Source of the DNA: an uncultured archaeon
GTDB taxonomy: Archaea > Aenigmatarchaeota > Aenigmatarchaeia > CG10238-14 > SCSR01
Length of the DNA: 62,764 bases
Assembly: GCA_964427055.1 (NCBI GenBank)
Contig: CAYRSQ010000001.1
Coordinates: 21,250-84,013, forward strand
Reading direction: 5' to 3'
Every line of letters starts with the position of its first letter. Within the stretch, counting starts at the first letter, position 1. The notes beneath the pieces are model-generated. The model was not told where the DNA came from, did not search any database, and saw only the letters and a program-made list of their open reading frames with translations. Below are positions 27,839 to 35,570 of this stretch, in pieces. The translations under genes were made by a program, and so were the position numbers.

Positions 27839-28603
27839 TTATGGTATATTCAAAAGCACGGAATCCGTCAACTGCTTTACGCTTTTTCTACCAATTAAAA
27901 AATCGTTCTCTATTCTACAGCCTCCAACTCCCTTGACATATATACCAGGTTCTATCGTGAAAACCATACCAGGTTCAAACCTAATTTTCTTTATAGTTTT
28001 CCAGAGTTTCTTATTGAAAATGGATGAGCTTTCCTTTTTAGGAACAGTTATGATAGGGAACTCATGCACATCCGTACCAAGTCCATGACCCAGGGAATGT
28101 TTCACTTCGTATCCCCGCGTTTTCAGGAACTTTGAATATGTCTCATGGAGTTTCCAGCAGTATGAACCCGTCCTGATTGAATTTACCAGAGTATTGTATA
28201 TCTTCAATGTGTCATCCAATATCATGGATGCAGTTTCGGATATCTCTCCCTTGACGAAAGGCACGGTAACGTCAGTGCAATAACCGTTATATTTTGCGCC
28301 GAAATCGATGTATCCGAGACCCTTAATTTTCTTATTAGTGGGTTTCGCATGAATGACTTGTGCTCGTTTACCACAAGCGACGATTGTGGGGAATGATAGG
28401 CTTGCATCACTGATTCTGATAAAAGAATTCACGACATTGGACAATTGTTTCTCTGTTATCCCGTCAGTACAGAGCCCTCGCTTTATCACATCTATGCATG
28501 AATTGCTTATTTTGGCAGATTCGGATATCTGTTTTAGTTCGTAAGGATTCTTAATAATCCTAGATAGTTTCTCGTCATAATCCAACCTTTTCATATGTCT
28601 CAC
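27839..28603 (-). CDS. M24-family metallopeptidase (Xaa-Pro peptidase-like, catalytic domain only)
   Basis: Contains the metal ligands of the pita-bread fold: HSLGHGLGTDVHEFP, FTIEPGIY and RIEND. Confidence 0.8.
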   Translation of the reverse strand: MRHMKRLDYDEKLSRIIKNPYELKQISESAKISNSCIDVIKRGLCTDGITEKQLSNVVNSFIRISDASLSFPTIVACGKRAQVIHAKPTNKKIKGLGYIDFGAKYNGYCTDVTVPFVKGEISETASMILDDTLKIYNTLVNSIRTGSYCWKLHETYSKFLKTRGYEVKHSLGHGLGTDVHEFPIITVPKKESSSIFNKKLWKTIKKIRFEPGMVFTIEPGIYVKGVGGCRIENDFLIGRKSVKQLTDSVLLNIP

Positions 28604-28655
28604 GGATGTAATATATTTATTAGATTATCTTATACAGAATAAAGTAATCTCATGA

Positions 28656-28730
28656 GGACCCGTAGCTCAGTTTGGACAGAGCAGTTGCCTCCTAAGCAGA
28701 AGGTCGTGGGTTCAAATCCCACCGGGCCCG
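28656..28730 (+). tRNA. tRNA-Arg (anticodon CCU)
   Basis: 75-nt cloverleaf folded by hand. Anticodon loop CUCCUAA, T-loop UUCAAAU. The acceptor stem GGACCCG/CGGGCCC has an A3-C70 mismatch. Confidence 0.8.
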
Positions 28731-28793
28731 TTTATTTCCTCTGTCATCTAAATTTTATTTGAATTGAAACATCAATTTATATAGAGATATTAT

Positions 28794-31370
28794 ATGAGGA
28801 TGAAATTTTTACTAATAGTGACTCTATTTTCTTTCCTTTTCTTAGCGAACGGTATATATGCTGTGGATTTTGATTCCTCAATAAATGCAATCAATGGAGG
28901 ATTAACTAGCGCACTATTCAACTTTTCCATAACAAATAACGACGCGGCCAACAACATAACAAAATTGAATATAACACTAAACTCCGGATTTATATATAGA
29001 GGAGGAGCAAGACAAAACCTAATGACGTTCTATCTCATGGAAAGTGGAACTGTGTTGTCATGGGAGAACAGCAGTTACATAGTAAACAATAGCGCCACAG
29101 TCTACATCTGGTTTTATGCAAGTACACCTAGTCTGACCGGCCAACAAAAGATAAATGTATCGACCATAGATAATACGGGATCGTTTCTCTCCAAGAATGT
29201 CACATTGGAACTGATAGATTCCAATGCTCCGAAATGGTCAAGCAACACCACAACTTACTCAGTACCAACTTCATATCTATTGAACAAGAACAACACGTTC
29301 AACATAACATGGACCGATAATCTGGGACTAGAGGATGTGAAATTCGAATTCAACGGAGTAAACTACACAAATACCAGCTCCATCCCAGTGAAAACGTCGG
29401 GATCGGGTGTATATGGAATAACATTGACGGATTTGAACGCAAATTCATACAATTATAAATGGTTCGCTGAAGATTGGAATAACACCGAGAATGCTACAAG
29501 TGTTCTACTATACAACGTATCAAAGGCGATGAACCCTATAACTGTATATTTTGACGGCTCCGCTAACACGGACAAAGTCGTCAATCTGGGAGAAACTCTG
29601 AATATAACTGTAACTGGCAAGGGGAATGTATATCTTTATGAGAATGGGACTTTGATAGGGTCCGGTGGGAGCCCGTTGACCTATCTCAGATCACTGTCAT
29701 CTAGGGGTATATACGTATACCAGATAAATGGGACGTCTACCGCAAATTATACAACGAACTCAACTGGCTCTACATATACAATCAGAGTGGATTATCCGTC
29801 CCCAAGATATTCGGTATCCACATCGATACCAACTACATGGTCGCTAAACTCATATGCATTGTTCAACGTGACATGGAATGACCCCAATGATTCGAACGGA
29901 TTCAGCGTGGCTTTGATACAACTGAATCACAGTGGTAGTGCTACGAATTACACGATGACAAGGATAGGTAGTACGAACACTTCTACGTACGAATTGAACC
30001 TGACTACACCAATGACACTAACTTGGAGAATTTATGCGAACAATTCATATAATACATGGAACTCGACTGAACTGAACACTTCGGTCATAAGCAGGATATC
30101 CCCAACCTTGTCTATATCTGTCATACCAGACTGGAATGTCATCAAAGGTACACGGACTACAGTCAAGTGTTCATCGGATCAGGTATCAGTGAATCTTTAT
30201 AGAGACGGTGTATTGGTGTCAAATCCCGACGTACAAACACTGTCGACTGGTGAATATTTTTATCTTTGCAACAATACTCTCACAGTCAACTATTCGTCTA
30301 CCTATGAAAGTAAACTTCTCACAGCCTACAATTTCATGGCAGTAATATCCTTCCTAAATGTAGATCCAATAGTGACCATAGTACAGAACTCAAGTAATTC
30401 AACGACAGTGGTAATAAAAAATACCGGAAATGCTACACAAAGCGTTAATTTCGAAATAGAAAATATAACATCCACGATATATTCAATAAATGACAGTACA
30501 GTAGATATTTCATACGGAAATAAAGCAGCATTCTCTATGAATTTCACTGTAAGCGATTCTATGGAACTGGGCGATTATAAAGGAAATTATAAGGTTACTA
30601 CATCCAATAGTACGTATACATATTCATTCATTCTTAGAATCACTCCGAAAGCAGAGGATTATGAAACGATAGAAAACAGCATTGCTCTTTATAAAGCGAA
30701 TATGAATAAACTATGGTCCGAACTTAACCAGACTAAAGCACAATATCCAGAGCTCAATTATACTTCAATCGAAACGTGGATACTAGACACCAAAGCAAAA
30801 ATAGATTCTGCCGAAAATTATGTCAATCAAAACAATTATTATGCGGCATATGAACTATTGGGCACCATAGAATCAAACATAGCATCAGCTGAAAGCGAAC
30901 TGAATGCACTTAAACTAAATTCTGGGATATTTCCGTCATGGATCAGAAACCTTCTAATCGGAATTGGAACAGTTGTCGTTATGATACTTGCCTATCTTTT
31001 ATGGCCAGTGAAAGGATATGACATTAAATCTGGTAACTATAGACACAAAACTACGAAAGAAACAGGGATAGAAAAACTTATGGATGTCAAAGTAAAAATG
31101 AAGGGAAAACTCCCGATAGAAAAAATGAAAGGAATTAAAACCAAGATAACAGAAAAACTTCCGAAACCTAAGTATGCCGACGAAATACACATTTCCGATA
31201 TCAAACCAGATGCTAACGAATACTGGAAAAAACAATCAGTTCAGAAGAAACCTAAAACTAATTCATTCATTGAAAAAATCCAGAATTTCTTTAAACATCG
31301 TGAAAAAACGAATTCTAATGAATACTTTGAAATTCCATTGGATGAAGGCGAGGAATCAGTCGAAACATAA
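28794..31370 (+). CDS. large secreted cell-surface protein (S-layer-like), N-glycosylation-sequon rich, C-terminal TM anchor
   Basis: Sec-type signal peptide MRMKFLLIVTLFSFLFLANGIYA. Roughly 40 N-x-S/T sequons by manual count. TM helix LLIGIGTVVVMILAYLLWPV, followed by a ~120-aa Lys-rich tail. Confidence 0.75.
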   Translation: MRMKFLLIVTLFSFLFLANGIYAVDFDSSINAINGGLTSALFNFSITNNDAANNITKLNITLNSGFIYRGGARQNLMTFYLMESGTVLSWENSSYIVNNSATVYIWFYASTPSLTGQQKINVSTIDNTGSFLSKNVTLELIDSNAPKWSSNTTTYSVPTSYLLNKNNTFNITWTDNLGLEDVKFEFNGVNYTNTSSIPVKTSGSGVYGITLTDLNANSYNYKWFAEDWNNTENATSVLLYNVSKAMNPITVYFDGSANTDKVVNLGETLNITVTGKGNVYLYENGTLIGSGGSPLTYLRSLSSRGIYVYQINGTSTANYTTNSTGSTYTIRVDYPSPRYSVSTSIPTTWSLNSYALFNVTWNDPNDSNGFSVALIQLNHSGSATNYTMTRIGSTNTSTYELNLTTPMTLTWRIYANNSYNTWNSTELNTSVISRISPTLSISVIPDWNVIKGTRTTVKCSSDQVSVNLYRDGVLVSNPDVQTLSTGEYFYLCNNTLTVNYSSTYESKLLTAYNFMAVISFLNVDPIVTIVQNSSNSTTVVIKNTGNATQSVNFEIENITSTIYSINDSTVDISYGNKAAFSMNFTVSDSMELGDYKGNYKVTTSNSTYTYSFILRITPKAEDYETIENSIALYKANMNKLWSELNQTKAQYPELNYTSIETWILDTKAKIDSAENYVNQNNYYAAYELLGTIESNIASAESELNALKLNSGIFPSWIRNLLIGIGTVVVMILAYLLWPVKGYDIKSGNYRHKTTKETGIEKLMDVKVKMKGKLPIEKMKGIKTKITEKLPKPKYADEIHISDIKPDANEYWKKQSVQKKPKTNSFIEKIQNFFKHREKTNSNEYFEIPLDEGEESVET

Positions 31371-31730
31371 TTTGCATGAATCTAGTGAAGGACATGCTTT
31401 TTCATGTATCTTGCATATCAGGCCTTCCTCTCTGACTGTAGCACAGATATTACAAATTTTCTTATGCATGTATTTAGAATCTGCATCACCAATCGCTATT
31501 TCCTTGGCCAAATCTCTAATCATTCCCATGACTTTTTTGTTCGAAGTGAGTATACGAATTTTCTTCCCTCTCAAATCCCTCATATATTGAGATATTGCTG
31601 GTTGCGTCATTCCAAGTTTCTTCGATATCTGAGTTTGAGTCATTCCATGCGTTTCAGATAACTCATTTGTAAGAATCGACCTCAATCCAGGCAGAATGTC
31701 TGATACGATTATCTCGCAAAACGGCTTCAT
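31356..31730 (-). CDS. HTH transcriptional regulator with a C-terminal Cys-rich motif (COG2522-like)
   Basis: HTH segment MTQTQISKKLGMTQPAISQYM. C-terminus reads CNICATVREEGLICKIHEKACPSLDSCKLC. Confidence 0.6.
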   Translation of the reverse strand: MKPFCEIIVSDILPGLRSILTNELSETHGMTQTQISKKLGMTQPAISQYMRDLRGKKIRILTSNKKVMGMIRDLAKEIAIGDADSKYMHKKICNICATVREEGLICKIHEKACPSLDSCKLCFD

Positions 31731-31824
31731 AGTTAAAAGTATTCGTTCTCAAACTTAAAAATATAACATCGTTATAGCTGAAGCTAGATATTGACTTTTA
31801 ACCAATGCAAATGTCATTCTTAAT

Positions 31825-32001
31825 ATGGAAGATGCGTTAAACATTGTTTCCAGTGCAGCTGATATGATTGATATAACAAACATCAGCACACCCGTGTGGG
31901 GAGACCCGAAACTATGGATAATAATATCTATTGGTTTGGTGATACTCACAGCAATATTAATTTATTATAAGTTATTGACAGGAGAGACACGAAACGTATA
32001 A
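31825..32001 (+). CDS. possible 58-aa tail-anchored membrane protein
   Basis: Translation is MEDALNIVSSAADMIDITNISTPVWGDPKLWIIISIGLVILTAILIYYKLLTGETRNV. Same strand as, and 27 nt upstream of, the next gene. It competes with the antisense 64-aa ORF 31755..31949. Confidence 0.3.
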   Translation: MEDALNIVSSAADMIDITNISTPVWGDPKLWIIISIGLVILTAILIYYKLLTGETRNV

Positions 32002-32028
32002 CTTCTATCAGAAGAGAAGGATTTACAG

Positions 32029-33189
32029 ATGGTATTTGAAATTCTCGGCCATGAAAAAGAATTATTTAAACAAATTATTTATGAGCATGCAAATTCTGAT
32101 TTTTTCCCAGCATCAGATTTCAATTTAGAACTATACGGATACGGCGTACTCGATTCCAAAGGAAAGAAACACAAACTAATTCTATCGGATCTAGATGGGG
32201 TTTGGACCAAAACTCCGCTATTCATAGGATATATTGAAGCGCTCTCAAACATAAATCCAGGAATAGCAAATTCAACGGATGAAATAATTCGAAACCTATC
32301 CAAACTTGATGCAGGAAACTCGGATGAAGTTGTCAAACATATATCGGAAATTTTCAGAACGTCTGGTGTCAAAAAATGGCAACATGAAAAAGCAACTAAA
32401 AGAGGGGTTGAAAGAAGCGAAAGTATACCCAATGCCTTTAAAACCGTCTCGGACTCCATAGAAATGGGTTATGAATTCCATTTCATAAGTGGCTCTCCGG
32501 ACTCTTCCGTTAAAGGCTTTGTTGAAACTAAATTAGGAATAGATTCTACACATGCAATTGGATCTGAGTATATTTTCAAAGAAGATTCATTTGAAAGGAT
32601 AGAAGACCTTCTCTACGGAAAGAAACGAGGTGTATGCACAAAATTACTTGAAAGCTTTATGGGGTCAGAAAAAGGATTTGTAATATTCCTCTCAGATGAA
32701 CTGGAAGACTTCAGAACATCTGGTCACATCTCAAATACTTTCATACTTGTAAACGAAAAGCAAGGTGAATCTGATAAAGCTATAATAGAATTACCATCTA
32801 TAACACGTGGTGCGGAAATTCTTCCATATCTATTAAGGAAGATAGAAAGGGGAATGTGTCTCTATTTCGGATTCGACTCTATCAAAAGAAACGATATACT
32901 TGGATCGGCGCTTAACGTTGGAAACTTATGCACTGATATTAGAACAACGAAATATAGTAAGCTTACTGAACTAAAAGATGAACTTTTATCACATTACAGT
33001 AACTATAAAGCGCTCTCGCCACAGATATTTCCTTTCTACCTATCAAATATAGATAATTTAATATATAGATTAAAAATTGAGTCCGACCCATCCGAAATCA
33101 GGACATTATCCGAGAAGTTTTGGAAAGAATTTACTAAATATTCACCCGATTACAATGTAGCTAAGAAAATCTACTCAAATCACAATTGA
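32029..33189 (+). CDS. HAD-superfamily-like hydrolase with an extra C-terminal helical region
   Basis: Motif I LSDLDGV (DxDxV) and motif II FISGSP. The later motifs are degenerate. Confidence 0.45.
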   Translation: MVFEILGHEKELFKQIIYEHANSDFFPASDFNLELYGYGVLDSKGKKHKLILSDLDGVWTKTPLFIGYIEALSNINPGIANSTDEIIRNLSKLDAGNSDEVVKHISEIFRTSGVKKWQHEKATKRGVERSESIPNAFKTVSDSIEMGYEFHFISGSPDSSVKGFVETKLGIDSTHAIGSEYIFKEDSFERIEDLLYGKKRGVCTKLLESFMGSEKGFVIFLSDELEDFRTSGHISNTFILVNEKQGESDKAIIELPSITRGAEILPYLLRKIERGMCLYFGFDSIKRNDILGSALNVGNLCTDIRTTKYSKLTELKDELLSHYSNYKALSPQIFPFYLSNIDNLIYRLKIESDPSEIRTLSEKFWKEFTKYSPDYNVAKKIYSNHN

Positions 33190-33233
33190 GAAAAGATTTT
33201 ATTCGAAAAAACACTAATTTATTTTAGATTATA

Positions 33234-33323
33234 ATGGCGGTTAAGAAAAAAGCAACTAAAAAGAAAGTCACGAGAAAAAAACCGACTAAGAAAAAAACGA
33301 AATCAAAGGCCAAGAAGAGATAA
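33234..33323 (+). CDS. possible 29-aa lysine-rich peptide
   Basis: Translation is MAVKKKATKKKVTRKKPTKKKTKSKAKKR. An ATG-to-TAA ORF in an otherwise non-coding 240-nt spacer. It could be a chance ORF in an A-rich tract. Confidence 0.25.
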   Translation: MAVKKKATKKKVTRKKPTKKKTKSKAKKR

Positions 33324-33431
33324 TCTTGGTCTTTAATGCGATATCGTTACATGGCCGTTTTAAGACCTTGAAAAGGTTATTTTTCTATTTTTTATAACTT
33401 AGTCTGAATAGTATTCTATTAAAGTGATACG

Positions 33432-34298
33432 ATGGAAAGAGAAACTTTGAACAAATACAAGAAGGCCCAATCTATAGCAGATAGTGTAATATTGTCTATT
33501 AGACCCACGATTAAAGAAGGCGTAAAACTAATCGATATCGGAGATACTGTTGAGAATAAAATAAGAAACTTAGGAGGTGGAATAGCCTTCCCCGTCAATC
33601 TATCGATAAACGATAATGCAGCCCATTATGCGCCAGATATAAATGACGATACTATTCTCAAAGAAAATGATATGATCAAAATCGATGTGGGCGTACATGT
33701 CGATGGTTATATATGTGATCAAGCTTTCACAGTCTGCATAGGTAAAAAATCACATCCACTAATAGAAGCAGCCGAAAAGGGACTCAAAGAAGCCAAAAAA
33801 ATTATAAAACCTGGTGTGAGGATATTCGAAATTTCTGAAGTTGTCGAATCGACCTTAAAAGAATTGGGATGCAATCCGATAAGAAATCTGTGTGGACATG
33901 GTCTGGATAGATATGAACCACATGCCAAATTTTCGATACCCAATGGGAGGAATGACATAAAAACTGAACTTGAATCCGGACAAGCGCTGGCCATGGAAGT
34001 TTTTGCTACAGATGGCGTAGGATGGGTTAGGGATTCTGGCCATGTGCTCATATACGCATACAATCAAGAAACTCCTATGAGAATGAATGAGGCGAGGAAA
34101 ATATTGGATTTGGCAAGAAACGAATATAATGGACTTCCCTTCGCAAAGAGATGGTTAATTAATACAGAGATACCTCTATATAAGGTAAATCTAGCTTTAA
34201 ACCAATTGATGATGTCAAAAGCTTTAAAAGAACATCCTATCCTCAGGGAAGAGTCTGGCGGCATTGTAGCTCAAGCGGAAGAGACTATAATTCTATAA
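33432..34298 (+). CDS. map: methionine aminopeptidase, type 2 (archaeal)
   Basis: Contains AHYAPD, DVGVHVDGYICD and CGHGLDRYEPH. Confidence 0.9.
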   Translation: MERETLNKYKKAQSIADSVILSIRPTIKEGVKLIDIGDTVENKIRNLGGGIAFPVNLSINDNAAHYAPDINDDTILKENDMIKIDVGVHVDGYICDQAFTVCIGKKSHPLIEAAEKGLKEAKKIIKPGVRIFEISEVVESTLKELGCNPIRNLCGHGLDRYEPHAKFSIPNGRNDIKTELESGQALAMEVFATDGVGWVRDSGHVLIYAYNQETPMRMNEARKILDLARNEYNGLPFAKRWLINTEIPLYKVNLALNQLMMSKALKEHPILREESGGIVAQAEETIIL

Positions 34299-34339
34299 AA
34301 TAAACGAAACAACTAAATAAACTAAAACCCAAGTATTGA

Positions 34340-34456
34340 ATGATGCAGAAAGTATGTGATAATTGTAAAAAATCTGTAAAGGATGTCGGGAAACTGTTCA
34401 AATACAAATTTATGATGTTATGCAAAACTTGTAGAAATAGATTGAAGAGAAGGTAA
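34340..34456 (+). CDS. 38-aa C4 zinc-finger-like protein
   Basis: Translation is MMQKVCDNCKKSVKDVGKLFKYKFMMLCKTCRNRLKRR, i.e. CxxC-x18-CxxC with a basic tail. The stop abuts the cdc6 stop. Below the ORF-track cutoff. Confidence 0.4.
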   Translation: MMQKVCDNCKKSVKDVGKLFKYKFMMLCKTCRNRLKRR

Positions 34457-35545
34457 TCATTTTATCCAAATCAACCTGCTTTTGCCAACCTTTTTTTCAC
34501 TCATCTCTATAAGCCCAACATCATTTAGATGGTTGACAAAATCTCTAAGGGATCTGTCTGTGACTGGCTCTATAGAATGCTTTTCTCCGAATCTATCCTT
34601 TACAATCTCATTATATCTGTTATAGAGTTCTCCTGAAGTATATTTCTTGCCGTCGCTTAACGCCTCCAACAACAGTTTTTCGTGATTGTTTAGTTTATCT
34701 TTCAGTATATCAGCTTTAACTTCTCCGACAGCTTTTATTACAGCTTTCATCTGTTCGACTTCAACTCGTTTGGCTCCTTGTTCTTCAGCCATTCTACCGG
34801 CTTTTAACAAACACTGAAGGCCTATCCTCACATCCCCTCTTTTTTTAACAGCATGATTTGCACAAAGGGTAATGATAACAGAATCATATGAATGGAACGC
34901 ATTCTTGGCTCTCTCTTCCAAGATATCTTTCATCTCAACATGGCTATACGATTTGAATTCTATATCTTCCTTGCCCAGACTGCTCCTTATCCTTGGTTCT
35001 GCATTGGAAAAAACAAACTGATCATTGGATATGAGCACTATCCCTACTGGTGTGTCTACATACTGACCTATCCTTAGCAAATCGTAGAGAGCTGACATCT
35101 CCAATTGATCAACCTCATCCAAGCAAACGACTAATCCCTTGGCTCTCTTTTTCAATGTCTCGGTGAGTTTCTGTATTATTTCATCTCTACTCCAACCCCT
35201 TCTTTGGACGAACTGTCCAAGTTCGATTATAATCTGAGTCAGAAGGGCTGTGGGTGTCCTATAATCCCAACAATTTATATAAACGCATCGTACTTGGTCG
35301 CTATATTTCTCGAATTCCTCGAAGACATTTTTTATAACAGAAGTTTTTCCAATTCCTGGCGGACCATATATGAACGTGTTCTGTGCTTTCCTACCTTTAG
35401 ATAATGGCAATATGTTTCTGGCTATCTGTTTTATCTCATTCTCTCTATGAGGCAGTATGTCTGGTATATATTCAGTAGATAAAACTTCTTCATTCTTGAA
35501 AATCCTGGATTCTGAGATGTCTGAAAAAATTCCCATAATAACCAA
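34457..35545 (-). CDS. cdc6: Orc1/Cdc6 replication initiator
   Basis: Walker A GPPGIGKTS, Walker B VCLDEVDQL, and a C-terminal winged helix. Confidence 0.9.
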   Translation of the reverse strand: MVIMGIFSDISESRIFKNEEVLSTEYIPDILPHRENEIKQIARNILPLSKGRKAQNTFIYGPPGIGKTSVIKNVFEEFEKYSDQVRCVYINCWDYRTPTALLTQIIIELGQFVQRRGWSRDEIIQKLTETLKKRAKGLVVCLDEVDQLEMSALYDLLRIGQYVDTPVGIVLISNDQFVFSNAEPRIRSSLGKEDIEFKSYSHVEMKDILEERAKNAFHSYDSVIITLCANHAVKKRGDVRIGLQCLLKAGRMAEEQGAKRVEVEQMKAVIKAVGEVKADILKDKLNNHEKLLLEALSDGKKYTSGELYNRYNEIVKDRFGEKHSIEPVTDRSLRDFVNHLNDVGLIEMSEKKVGKSRLIWIK

Positions 35546-35570
35546 TATAACAACTTATCTCATATGTACT

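Noticed and set aside
31755-31949. 64-aa minus-strand ORF between the HTH regulator and the HAD-like gene.
   Set aside because: No convincing start context. The opposite strand offers a 58-aa ORF (31825-32001) with a clean C-terminal TM helix, co-directional with the next gene. Neither is strongly supported, so only the + strand version is listed, at low confidence.
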